DNA of 64,000 bases from sequence record PX670417.1. One strand, written 5' to 3'. The first letter of the stretch is position 1, and each line of letters opens with the position of its first letter. A model generated the notes under the pieces. That model was given only the letters and a program-made list of their open reading frames with translations, made no database searches and was not told where the DNA came from. The stretch is from a phage. Below, piece by piece: positions 1-7,809 of the stretch. A program made the translations under genes and the position numbers.

Positions 1-980
1 GGTAGCCCTTAACAGCCCTGTAACATCCCCTTTGCAGAATTTTAAAATATCATTAACAATCTCTTAACAGTTATTACATCTTCTTAACATCTCTTCAGAG
101 GTCTTAACAGATTTTTAACAGAACTAACAAGGGTTTAACAGTTTTCTAACAAGTGCTGAATAGTCTTTACAGATGATTAACAGATGACTAACAAGAGCTA
201 ACAAGTTAATTTTTAAGAGTTATTTTGTTAAGATAATTAACAAGTTTCTAACAAGTGTTTAATCTTTTTAACAAGCTATTAACATGGTCACTATCTCTTT
301 CTTATCGTTCCCTTTCCCTCTTAGTGATTCTTTAAATAGCCCTCTTAAAAGCTCTCTATAGCTCCTTGTAAGCTCTTTTTAGTCTCTTTCTAGTAATTAC
401 ACCCCAACTATGTAGAAAGCTCTTTATAGGGCTTTACAGGGGCTTTAAAGACTATGTCAAAGACTCTTACAAGGCTTTTACATGGTTTTAACAGAGATTT
501 AACAAGGGGCTAACAAGTTGCTAACAAGTGTCTTAAAAGCATAACTATGTAGGGTTTGTTAAGAAATTGTTAAGAAAATGTTAAGGGGGCTAGCATTTAC
601 GTAACTTTTAAGCTACTTTTAAGCTACTTTATAGCCCCTATAACATACTTTTAAAACACTAACAAGCCCTTTCTAGTAGTTCACAAGATAGCTAACGAGA
701 TGATAAAGCTTACAACCTTATAAGATTCTTTTAAGGCTCTAGAAAGCTTTATAAAGGGCTTTTAAGGGTGAGGTAATGCAATCCCTTAAGTTGGGTTGAT
801 AAGGCTGTTATAGGGCTTTATAGAGCGTTTAAATGGTTGCCCTTCCCTTTCGGGTTATGGGCTTATATTTAAGTTGATTTAATAAAAGGCTATAGAGTAA
901 GCTATAGAGTTATTGCTTTTTAAGGTCTAGTAAGATTCTGGAAAGGAAAGGGAAAGGATTGTATAGGCATTTCATAAGAC
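1..980. repeat. Repeat-dense AT-rich noncoding region (recurring words TTAACAG, CTAACAAG, TTTTAAG, GGCTTTATA; short tandem duplications such as TGTTAAG x3 and CTTTTAAGCTA x2)
   Basis: No ORF of 60 aa or more on either strand in about 1 kb; dense degenerate direct repeats; inverted pair CCCTTTCCC (about 310-325) and GGAAAGGGAAAGG (about 940-960). Confidence 0.6.
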
Positions 981-982
981 GT

Positions 983-1005
983 AAAAAAGCCCCATATAAA
1001 GGGGC
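983..1005 (-). terminator. Intrinsic terminator closing the leftward early operon
   Basis: Minus-strand hairpin GCCCC-TTTATAT-GGGGC followed by TTTTTT; a second GGGGCT-AAATA-AGCCCC hairpin lies at about 1019-1034, just after the stop of ORF 1045-1293. Confidence 0.6.
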
Positions 1006-1044
1006 TGTAAAGGTATCTGGGGCTATTTAGCCCCGCTGCGTCGA

Positions 1045-1293
1045 TTAGTTATAATCTTGTTTGTTGTAGTACAGGGAGACGATTTTTTCTCCCCAATAGT
1101 GATATGAATAGCCCTCTTTGAGAACTTCCTGTTTTGTTTCTTTCCAGAACTCATCTGAAGGATTATAGTCTTTGATGGTCTGACTGATAAGAGCTTTCAC
1201 CATTTCAAAGGCGTTATCAGTACCCACAAGGTCGAATTTAACATCCAGAGAGTAGAAGCCAAATTCGTTAACAGTTGCGCGGATAGTTGCCAT
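1045..1293 (-). CDS. Hypothetical early protein (82 aa)
   Basis: ORF preceded by conserved cassette with RBS GGAGA. Confidence 0.55.
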   Translation of the reverse strand: MATIRATVNEFGFYSLDVKFDLVGTDNAFEMVKALISQTIKDYNPSDEFWKETKQEVLKEGYSYHYWGEKIVSLYYNKQDYN

Positions 1294-1358
1294 TTTTGAA
1301 TCTCCTAGTTTAAGGACTTTACTTAGTGGGGAGGTTATCCCTCCCGTTGATTAGTAAT
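1294..1358 (-). promoter_or_regulatory. Intergenic stem-loop + RBS cassette, class A (GGGAGG-TTATC-CCTCCC hairpin about 1328-1345, then ...AAACTAGGAGATTCAAAAATG)
   Basis: Near-identical cassette recurs upstream of at least 6 early ORFs. Confidence 0.65.
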
Positions 1359-1622
1359 TTACTGCATGTTGGCGTATGTTGCAAGCCTTTTTTCGTTGTA
1401 TTTTGTAAGAATCTCACAAGATAAAACATCGTAATTTGTAACAGCGTTGCTTTTATCAAGGTCAAAGAATCCAAACGTTTTACCATCTTTGAATCCGACA
1501 ACTTCGTAAGACTCTTTGATGATTTCACCATTGAACAAATCACTTTCGATGCGGTGAATTAATGCTACGTTTTCTTTGTCGGTTGCAATTTGTAAAAGTG
1601 TGGTTAATTCTACGTTTTCCAT
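1359..1622 (-). CDS. Hypothetical early protein (87 aa; start moved to internal ATG that follows the conserved RBS)
   Basis: Track ORF 1359-1667; the class A hairpin lies inside the 5' extension, so the ATG at 1622 after CTAGGAG is the likely start. Confidence 0.5.
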   Translation of the reverse strand: MENVELTTLLQIATDKENVALIHRIESDLFNGEIIKESYEVVGFKDGKTFGFFDLDKSNAVTNYDVLSCEILTKYNEKRLATYANMQ

Positions 1623-1687
1623 CTTGATAACTCCTAGTTTAAGGATTTTGTTTAGTAGGGAGGTCATCCCTCCCGTTGATTAGTAAT
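1623..1687 (-). promoter_or_regulatory. Stem-loop + RBS cassette, class A variant (GGGAGG-TCATC-CCTCCC, about 1658-1674)
   Basis: Conserved hairpin and CTAGGAG RBS. Confidence 0.6.
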
Positions 1688-2218
1688 TTACAGATTTTTG
1701 ATTGTCTCGTCAATATCTTTTTCAATATCTTTTAAAGTTTTTTCTAAGTTCTTGATATTGAATGATAATCCTTCACCGAGAGTCTTAGAGTAACCGCTAG
1801 GGCGTAAGTCATGCAGTTCGATTTCTTCCACATTGGATAAGTTGACCATCCCACCATTTGCAGCATAGGCTATTGACACAGTATTTTCAGGTGCGTTGTA
1901 AAACTTGTTTAAGGACTTGATAGAACGTTCATAAGCCATTTTATAACTGTTTAAAAGGTTTTTAACGTGGTTGTGAACGTTTTTACACTCATCTAAGTAA
2001 ATCTCTAAGAATAGCGGTAATAACTCTGCTACAGCTTGCATAAAATGAGAGACTACAACGGTTGCAACATTACGGCGATGAATGTAATAAGCCCCGTTTT
2101 CTGATTTGGTGATGGTTGCAAAGTGTACACCATTGCAACGAAATTCATAGGTGTCTTTAACAGGCTTTGACATTACATGGATTGAGCGAATGTAGTTGAT
2201 AGCTTGAAATTTGTTCAT
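1688..2218 (-). CDS. Hypothetical early protein (176 aa)
   Basis: ORF preceded by class A cassette. Confidence 0.6.
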   Translation of the reverse strand: MNKFQAINYIRSIHVMSKPVKDTYEFRCNGVHFATITKSENGAYYIHRRNVATVVVSHFMQAVAELLPLFLEIYLDECKNVHNHVKNLLNSYKMAYERSIKSLNKFYNAPENTVSIAYAANGGMVNLSNVEEIELHDLRPSGYSKTLGEGLSFNIKNLEKTLKDIEKDIDETIKNL

Positions 2219-2290
2219 TTTTGAATCTCCTAGTTTAAGGACTTTACTTAGTGGGGAGGTTATCCCTCCCGTTGATTAGTAATTTACTTG
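2219..2290 (-). promoter_or_regulatory. Stem-loop + RBS cassette, class A (hairpin about 2254-2270)
   Basis: Conserved hairpin and RBS. Confidence 0.65.
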
Positions 2291-2438
2291 TTTTGATAGC
2301 TGATTGCAAGCAATTTTTTAAGTTTATCTATAAAGAATCTTTTAAGTTAATCCCTTTTAGATAAATCCCCTCGAACAAAGTTACCAATGTCAAGAGGGAT
2401 TGTCAACACTTTTTTAAAAGTTTTTTGTAAGTTCTTGA

Positions 2439-2780
2439 TTAACTGATGAATATTTTTTCAGGTTTTACATAGTTCATCTTTTGGCCTTTGAGCAAATCAT
2501 CCCAGATTAAAGCGGCGATATGAGAATAACCGGATTCACGTAATAGCCTCATTGTTTTACTTCTAGTTTCGAATCTGGTTGCGTAGTATTCACTATTCAA
2601 GGCCGTTTTATTCCCTTCCTTGTCTACATGAATAATCTGCATTACTTGAAAGGGGCTGATATCCTCGCCTTTGTTCCATTGCTCAAAGTATTTTAGGCAC
2701 TGCATAGGTGACATCTTGTCACTTACTTGAGTTGACCAAGATGAGCCAGCTTTATCGGTAATTACGGTTACATAAGCCAT
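2439..2780 (-). CDS. Hypothetical early protein (113 aa)
   Basis: ORF preceded by class A cassette; followed by about 150 nt noncoding carrying two TTGACA boxes on the minus strand (about 2370-2400). Confidence 0.6.
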   Translation of the reverse strand: MAYVTVITDKAGSSWSTQVSDKMSPMQCLKYFEQWNKGEDISPFQVMQIIHVDKEGNKTALNSEYYATRFETRSKTMRLLRESGYSHIAALIWDDLLKGQKMNYVKPEKIFIS

Positions 2781-2868
2781 TTTTGAATCTCCTAGTTTAA
2801 GGATTTTACTTAGTGGGGAGGTTATCCCTCCCGTTGATTGACAATTTACAGACTTTTATCAGGCTTGT
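2781..2868 (-). promoter_or_regulatory. Stem-loop + RBS cassette, class A (hairpin about 2816-2832)
   Basis: Conserved hairpin and RBS. Confidence 0.65.
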
Positions 2869-3102
2869 CTAGTCTTTTTCAATGATAATTTCATATTGAC
2901 CATCAACGCTGTCAAAATAAACGCCGTCGCTGTCTTCTGTCTTAAAATAACACTGAATGTCATCACTGGCGGGGTAGTCTTGTCTTGCTATCTGACAGAC
3001 CTGAACGGCATTTTCTTTACTTCCTGTAAACTCCTCAAGCCCTTTAAAATCACATGAATGACTGTTACAAATAGAAAGGATGAGATAAACAGTTGTAAGC
3101 AT
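2869..3102 (-). CDS. Hypothetical small protein with hydrophobic N-terminus (77 aa; possible signal peptide)
   Basis: N-terminus MLTTVYLILSICNSHS is hydrophobic. Confidence 0.5.
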   Translation of the reverse strand: MLTTVYLILSICNSHSCDFKGLEEFTGSKENAVQVCQIARQDYPASDDIQCYFKTEDSDGVYFDSVDGQYEIIIEKD

Positions 3103-3168
3103 GATTTAAGCCTCTTAAAAGCCCCTTACAGGGGCTGAATAGTGTTTATAAGGTGATTGTATAGGTTT
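3103..3168 (-). promoter_or_regulatory. Intergenic hairpin GCCCC-TGTAA-GGGGC (about 3121-3135) followed by TTTT on the minus strand
   Basis: GC stem plus short T-run; terminator-like. Confidence 0.45.
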
Positions 3169-3711
3169 TCAGAAAAAGCTCTTTAAATCTCTTTCTATGA
3201 TGTTTCCCGTCAGTGTGTCCATGATGTCACAAAAAACTTGAATACTATCGGACTGTTGAACGCTTTTAGCGAGAAGTTCCAGAGACTCGTCAATATAGCT
3301 TAAATTCGGGTTATCTAGTGAAGGCAGACAAAATGGTGAAAACATAGCATTAAATTCAGTGGTGTAAACCTTTTTAATCCAGTTTAAATCGAAATATTCT
3401 GTAAAACTTGCCACGCCAGACATATTATCACAAGAATAATCATCGTTTAACTCATCTTCTGGAATATCAAGTTCTAAGATAACAATATTTTGGGTTTTCA
3501 TCTGGAAAGCTGCGGTGATAGCGGCATTGCCCAGAGCTTGCTGGATACCTTCAGAGATTATCTCTTCCTCATCGTCGCCATAGATTTTATTTTCTGGATA
3601 AACGTAAAAATTCCCATCCATATCCGAACAATTCCATGCACCTGATGGCTTATCACCGTTATTAATCAGGTTGATAAAATTTTCTTGAGTAGTACCGTGA
3701 AAGCATTTCAT
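3169..3711 (-). CDS. Hypothetical acidic early protein (180 aa) with N-terminal FHGT motif
   Basis: MKCFHGTTQ... then YVY and acidic stretches; motif-level only. Confidence 0.55.
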   Translation of the reverse strand: MKCFHGTTQENFINLINNGDKPSGAWNCSDMDGNFYVYPENKIYGDDEEEIISEGIQQALGNAAITAAFQMKTQNIVILELDIPEDELNDDYSCDNMSGVASFTEYFDLNWIKKVYTTEFNAMFSPFCLPSLDNPNLSYIDESLELLAKSVQQSDSIQVFCDIMDTLTGNIIERDLKSFF

Positions 3712-3803
3712 TTTTGAATCTCCTAGTTTAAGGACTTGATTTAGTGGTAAAGCTCTTTATCTGGGGCTTAAGATATCAACTTTTAAGCCCCTTGTAAAGT
3801 ACT
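3712..3803 (-). promoter_or_regulatory. Stem-loop + RBS cassette, class B (GGGGCTTAA-11 nt loop-TTAAGCCCC, about 3763-3791)
   Basis: Class B cassette recurs at 6187-6281 and 7010-7097. Confidence 0.65.
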
Positions 3804-4007
3804 TTATCGGTTATTTTTGATAACTTTTAAAACTGCGCGGTATCCTAAGCAATAAGAATCACCGAAGAGCGACCGACCCATGAATGAATCCTCTTTGATA
3901 TCCTTTGCAGTGACAGTCTTTTCTACGCCGTTAAAAAGAACTATATCGCCAACTTTGATATCTTTGATATGAGTAGTTTCAATGTTTAAACCGTTGATAA
4001 TAGCCAT
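3804..4007 (-). CDS. Hypothetical small protein (67 aa)
   Basis: ORF preceded by class A cassette. Confidence 0.5.
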   Translation of the reverse strand: MAIINGLNIETTHIKDIKVGDIVLFNGVEKTVTAKDIKEDSFMGRSLFGDSYCLGYRAVLKVIKNNR

Positions 4008-4107
4008 TCTTGAATCTCCTAGTTTAAGGACTTTACTTAGTGGGGAGGTTATCCCTCCCGTTGATTAGTAATTTACTTGTTTTAAAAATCAATGTCAACA
4101 AAATTTT
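4008..4107 (-). promoter_or_regulatory. Stem-loop + RBS cassette, class A (hairpin about 4043-4059)
   Basis: Conserved hairpin and RBS. Confidence 0.65.
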
Positions 4108-4512
4108 TTAGAGTTCTGCATAAATTGCATCGCAGATACCACGAAAATCATGATTTGTCAAATTACGTTGTAACCAAGTGGCGAAAAAGTCAGCGATTGC
4201 AAAGTTAGCGTCATACTCGACAGATAGCCACACTTTAACAGCAAACCGAAACATTTTCAAATCAAGCTCTTTATTCATTACCTTAGATTTGCCTAACATG
4301 TCGGTCATTTCATATTGTGCACCGTCTAGCGTGATACCTGCTGCAACGTCAGCCAATGAGTTTTTTACGTTTTCAACGTCTAAGATAACGCTTTGAATCT
4401 TCCCAATAATGTTGTGCAATGTTTCGTCCGGTGCTGATGACGTAATAACATTAATCCGGTTAACGGTTAAACGTGCTTTTAAGATTGATAGCTCGCGATT
4501 ATTAATAGCCAT
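4108..4512 (-). CDS. Hypothetical early protein (134 aa; start moved to ATG after conserved RBS)
   Basis: The track's MENLKMAI N-terminus is a translation of the cassette; GGAGAACTTAAAA-ATG fixes the start at 4512. Confidence 0.55.
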   Translation of the reverse strand: MAINNRELSILKARLTVNRINVITSSAPDETLHNIIGKIQSVILDVENVKNSLADVAAGITLDGAQYEMTDMLGKSKVMNKELDLKMFRFAVKVWLSVEYDANFAIADFFATWLQRNLTNHDFRGICDAIYAEL

Positions 4513-4598
4513 TTTTAAGTTCTCCAATTTAGGATTTAGTGGTAAAGCTCTTTATCTGGGGCTTACTTTATCGAACTATAAGCCCCTTGTAAAGTACT
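4513..4598 (-). promoter_or_regulatory. Stem-loop + RBS cassette, class B2 (GGGGCTTA-13 nt loop-TAAGCCCC, about 4558-4586); about 100 nt identical to 6540-6628
   Basis: Exact duplicate of the cassette at 6540-6628 including the first codons. Confidence 0.7.
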
Positions 4599-4871
4599 TT
4601 ATACTAAATGCAGCTTTTTGCCTTTTACCATGATGTAACTTGTTGCGCTATTGCTATGCACATCTTGATAAATTCTGCGCAAACGGCCTTCGTAGTATAC
4701 TTTCCAACTGGTTGGAATCTTTTTCCCGTACCCTGTAGCAGTTTTTTGGAGTCCTGCAAGTTGCCAATCTAAGATATGTTGTTCGGCTTGTAAATCCTCG
4801 AAGTGCATTACACCGTTCACATAGTGGCGCAAAGTTACATTTAGAGTACGACCGTTGTTAGTAGTATACAT
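4599..4871 (-). CDS. Hypothetical early protein (90 aa)
   Basis: ORF preceded by class A cassette. Confidence 0.55.
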   Translation of the reverse strand: MYTTNNGRTLNVTLRHYVNGVMHFEDLQAEQHILDWQLAGLQKTATGYGKKIPTSWKVYYEGRLRRIYQDVHSNSATSYIMVKGKKLHLV

Positions 4872-4958
4872 TTTCTAATCTCCTAGTTTAAGGACTTTAC
4901 TTAGTGGGGAGGTTATCCCTCCCGTTGATTAGTAATTTACTTGCTTTAAAAACCAAAA
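4872..4958 (-). promoter_or_regulatory. Stem-loop + RBS cassette, class A (hairpin about 4907-4923)
   Basis: Conserved hairpin and RBS. Confidence 0.65.
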
Positions 4959-5291
4959 TCAAGAGGAATTTTTTCGTTTGTTCAGTTCTTGGACAATTAC
5001 AGCGTAATAATCTTTTAAGTCACTGATATTTAAAGCATTTATCAGGGAGTTATAATCATCAACCAACTGAAAATCATCTTTTAAGATATCACTTATCTGA
5101 TAGGTTTTCGCTTTGAATCTGAAGCTCATTTCTAGCCGCTTTATTTGCTCATCACTTAAACGCTCCAGAAAGCTCATTACAAGGCTATTATTGACCTGTT
5201 GCGTGATTGCCTTACTTGCCAGATTGTAGGCGCTGTAAGCCTTATAAAGTGCTATAATGGCGATGATTGCAGTGATGCCCATCATTAGCAT
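4959..5291 (-). CDS. Hypothetical membrane protein (110 aa; N-terminal TM helix)
   Basis: MLMMGITAIIAIIALYKAY hydrophobic segment; overlaps upstream gene by 7 nt. Confidence 0.5.
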   Translation of the reverse strand: MLMMGITAIIAIIALYKAYSAYNLASKAITQQVNNSLVMSFLERLSDEQIKRLEMSFRFKAKTYQISDILKDDFQLVDDYNSLINALNISDLKDYYAVIVQELNKRKNSS

Positions 5292-5581
5292 GGTGTTACC
5301 TCTCTGCGTGATACTTTACCATTTACAGTTATCTCATAAGCTTCTAATAAATCACTTTCAGATTTAACAGGACTTTTAAAAGTATCATCATAAACATTAA
5401 TTTGCAATACAGGCTTTTTATACTCCCTGCAACTATTCCATAAGCAAATTACTACGCGACGGCCTTTTATTTTGCCGTGTAACCATTCCATAACATCATG
5501 ACTATTTCTTGATGTCTCGATAAAATCAATTTTATTGAGTAATTTGCTTAGATTTTCACGCACTTGATTTGATAATTTCAT
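5285..5581 (-). CDS. Hypothetical early protein (98 aa)
   Basis: ORF preceded by class B-like cassette. Confidence 0.5.
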   Translation of the reverse strand: MKLSNQVRENLSKLLNKIDFIETSRNSHDVMEWLHGKIKGRRVVICLWNSCREYKKPVLQINVYDDTFKSPVKSESDLLEAYEITVNGKVSRREVTPC

Positions 5582-5673
5582 TTTTGAATCTCCTAGTTTA
5601 AGGGCTTTATTTGATAAATCTCTTTATCTGGGGCTATCCTACCAGCTTGTTAGCCCCGTGTAAAGAAATCTAT
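5582..5673 (-). promoter_or_regulatory. Stem-loop + RBS cassette, class B variant (GGGGCTA-14 nt loop-TAGCCCC, about 5630-5657)
   Basis: Conserved RBS TAGGAGATTCAAAAATG and related hairpin. Confidence 0.6.
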
Positions 5674-6186
5674 TTAGTTCTTAAAGATATTCATCACTGA
5701 ATCTTTTAATGCTTCCAAGCGTTCTAATACTTCAGATTCTGCGTCTGCGTTGTTCACCTCTTCTTTTAGTCTATCCTCTAAATCATCGCCGTCACGATAG
5801 CACCAATCGAAAGCGTAACCAAGATAAAAACTTTCTAAAACCGTGCTACCGTTTGCATCCACAACTTTCGCGGCAAGGCTATACTCTGAAGCCTCTAAAT
5901 CTCTTTCTAGTTCTTTCTGTAAGCTTGTGTAAGCCTCTTTCGATGGATTCTCACGGCCTTGTTTTGCATAGTCACTTGAAAGCTGCTTAAGGCTGTAATG
6001 CAAAGGGATTGCATATTTAAACTCATTACGCTGACAGTTGGTGTTTTTAATAGTTACACCGCCTTGATGGTCATCTGTAAACTCCCAATTATCCATATTA
6101 TGGCTTGCTTCGTAGCAATTAACAGCCTCATAAATGATGGAAAATTTTTCTTTTACAACTTCAAAGGTAGCGTCTACAGTTTTCAT
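5674..6186 (-). CDS. Hypothetical acidic early protein (170 aa)
   Basis: Asp/Glu-rich ORF preceded by class B cassette. Confidence 0.55.
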   Translation of the reverse strand: MKTVDATFEVVKEKFSIIYEAVNCYEASHNMDNWEFTDDHQGGVTIKNTNCQRNEFKYAIPLHYSLKQLSSDYAKQGRENPSKEAYTSLQKELERDLEASEYSLAAKVVDANGSTVLESFYLGYAFDWCYRDGDDLEDRLKEEVNNADAESEVLERLEALKDSVMNIFKN

Positions 6187-6281
6187 TTTTGAATCTCCTA
6201 GTTTAAGGACTTGATTTAGTGGTAAAGCTCTTTATCTGGGGCTTAAGATATCAACTTTTAAGCCCCTTGTAAAGTACTTTA
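6187..6281 (-). promoter_or_regulatory. Stem-loop + RBS cassette, class B (hairpin about 6238-6266)
   Basis: Conserved hairpin and RBS. Confidence 0.65.
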
Positions 6282-6539
6282 TCAGATTAAATTGCCAGTT
6301 AATGATAAGTGCATTTTATAGCCTTTTTTGGTAAAAACGTTCACTTTACCGAGTGATTTTACACCTTTAAAAAGGTTGTTTGAACTGCGTTTTAAGGTTA
6401 GTTGCTTATCAGCTTTCACGCCCCACCTTACAGCAGTTTGTTTTCCGTTGTCAACCACTTTTCCGCATAACTTTTTAGCCATAACGCGAGCGTCATCACG
6501 AGTCTTTGCAGTAATTACAACGTTTTTGATAATAGCCAT
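6282..6539 (-). CDS. Hypothetical basic early protein (85 aa; start moved to ATG after conserved RBS)
   Basis: Same cassette-derived MENLKMAI artefact as ORF 4108-4527. Confidence 0.5.
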   Translation of the reverse strand: MAIIKNVVITAKTRDDARVMAKKLCGKVVDNGKQTAVRWGVKADKQLTLKRSSNNLFKGVKSLGKVNVFTKKGYKMHLSLTGNLI

Positions 6540-6628
6540 TTTTAAGTTCTCCAATTTAGGATTTAGTGGTAAAGCTCTTTATCTGGGGCTTACTTTATCG
6601 AACTATAAGCCCCTTGTAAAGTACTTTA
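6540..6628 (-). promoter_or_regulatory. Stem-loop + RBS cassette, class B2 (hairpin about 6585-6613); duplicate of 4513-4598
   Basis: About 100 nt identity with the 4.5 kb copy. Confidence 0.7.
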
Positions 6629-7009
6629 TTAGTTAATTTTGAAAATTGTCACATAACCATCGCTCCCGATGATTTGTGATACCCCAGCTTTTTCTACTTG
6701 ATAGCCCATATTTTCAAGATGGTAAACAGCATCATCGTAACCATATGCGCCACCCTGATAACGTCGCTTATCACATTTTATCAGGTTTTTACCGCGTCCA
6801 GCAAGTGCATTCAGTACGGCTTTTTCACTTGATAGTGTACCATCTATCATGGTTGCCGTGTAATGGTTGATTTTATTCCCATTAATATCATACTTAAAAT
6901 TGAATGCGTGAACAATAATCAATTTACCGTTAAATTTTTCATCAAGTGACTTCTCCAGTGCGTTGCGGAAGTTGTCTTTATTGATGAATTTCGGTGCACG
7001 ATAAGCCAT
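6629..7009 (-). CDS. Hypothetical early protein (126 aa)
   Basis: ORF preceded by class B cassette. Confidence 0.55.
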   Translation of the reverse strand: MAYRAPKFINKDNFRNALEKSLDEKFNGKLIIVHAFNFKYDINGNKINHYTATMIDGTLSSEKAVLNALAGRGKNLIKCDKRRYQGGAYGYDDAVYHLENMGYQVEKAGVSQIIGSDGYVTIFKIN

Positions 7010-7097
7010 TTTAGAATCTCCTAGTTTAAGGTAAGTTAGTAAAGCTCTTTATCTGGGGCTTAAGATATCAGCTTTTAAGCCCCTTGTAAAGTACTTT
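7010..7097 (-). promoter_or_regulatory. Stem-loop + RBS cassette, class B (hairpin about 7055-7083)
   Basis: Conserved hairpin and RBS. Confidence 0.65.
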
Positions 7098-7304
7098 TTA
7101 TATATCGTAATAGTAAACCGCTGACTGTTTTATATGTCGCTTTGTATTCTTTGTTAGGTAGCAATTAGAGTTAATTGCCGTTTCTACATAGTTGCAATAA
7201 TCAGCTTCTGATATTCTACGCCATGCGCCGCACACTTGCATATAAAAACGTTTTGCCTTTGTGTTAACGTTGGTTGTAACCATCAATTCGCGACTGTACA
7301 TCAT
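7098..7304 (-). CDS. Hypothetical early protein (68 aa); first gene of the leftward early operon
   Basis: RBS GGAGA 8 nt upstream; lies immediately downstream of the candidate early promoter. Confidence 0.45.
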   Translation of the reverse strand: MMYSRELMVTTNVNTKAKRFYMQVCGAWRRISEADYCNYVETAINSNCYLTKNTKRHIKQSAVYYYDI

Positions 7305-7344
7305 TTTGGATTCTCCAGTTTAGGAAGTGGGCTTGCTTGCCCGT

Positions 7345-7385
7345 CTGATGCAAATATTAGATAACCATACTCAAAGAGTCAATAG
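7345..7385 (-). promoter_or_regulatory. Candidate sigma70-type early promoter: TTGACT (7380-7375) - 17 nt - TAATAT (7357-7352) on the minus strand
   Basis: Near-consensus -35/-10 with 17-nt spacer, correctly oriented for the early ORF array; a short GGGC/GCCC hairpin (about 7327-7340) sits in the 5' UTR. Confidence 0.55.
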
Positions 7386-7544
7386 GAATTTTAAAAATAT
7401 TTTTGCAAGAATTGTAATGAAACGGGTGCGCGCGACTACCACAAAACAGAACTACAATCAAGAATTATTTTTCAATCCGCTACAAATTTTTCTGTTGACT
7501 TTTATTTCCAGATGTGGTAGCCTTGTGAGAAATGGCGACATCCC

Positions 7545-7770
7545 CACCTGCACCCACCTACCTGCACAATTCTAAAATGATTTTTCTTGCCCGACCTGAT
7601 TTTTCTCTGCACGTTTTGAAAATGAAAAAGCTCTTTGGAGATTACCTGCACAGTTTGAAAATGAATTTTCTCTTTGGAGTTCAAAATTCTCTCTACAGAT
7701 TTCTCTACAGAACTCTACCTGCACAATTCTAAAATGAAAAAGCCCTCCTTACCTGAAAATTTACCAGATA
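7545..7770. repeat. Imperfect direct repeats (4 copies of about ACCTGCACA(A/G)TT(C/T)(T/G)AAAATGA, including a tandem unit of about 39 bp) upstream of the early promoter
   Basis: Copies at about 7559-7580, 7605-7630, 7642-7669 and 7715-7742; CTCTTTGGAG also duplicated. Confidence 0.6.
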
Positions 7771-7809
7771 AGAAAGGCTTAGTCTATTGTGAATATTCTA
7801 CAGAGTTTC

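Noticed and set aside
1319-1543. ORF 1319-1543 (-) overlapping ORF 1359-1667
   Set aside because: It starts inside the class A hairpin, lacks an RBS, and overlaps the better-supported gene.
4498-4527. N-terminal MENLKMAI shared by ORFs 4108-4527 and 6282-6554, suggesting paralogous proteins
   Set aside because: The shared residues are a translation of the duplicated RBS cassette (GGAGAACTTAAAA-ATG); the proteins diverge right after the real start, so the starts were moved to 4512 and 6539.
4178-4633. Plus-strand ORFs 4178-4396 and 4409-4633 (and similar opposite-strand ORFs 5709-5990, 5998-6192, 6328-6636, 6676-6870 in the early region)
   Set aside because: They lie antisense to, or overlap, the cassette-delimited minus-strand genes and lack the conserved RBS context; most likely shadow ORFs.
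7327-7732. ORFs 7327-7575 (+), 7502-7684 (-) and 7532-7732 (+)
   Set aside because: They fall in the direct-repeat array; their peptide repeats (LHNSKM / LHVLKM / LHSLKM) just mirror the DNA repeats, with no RBS.
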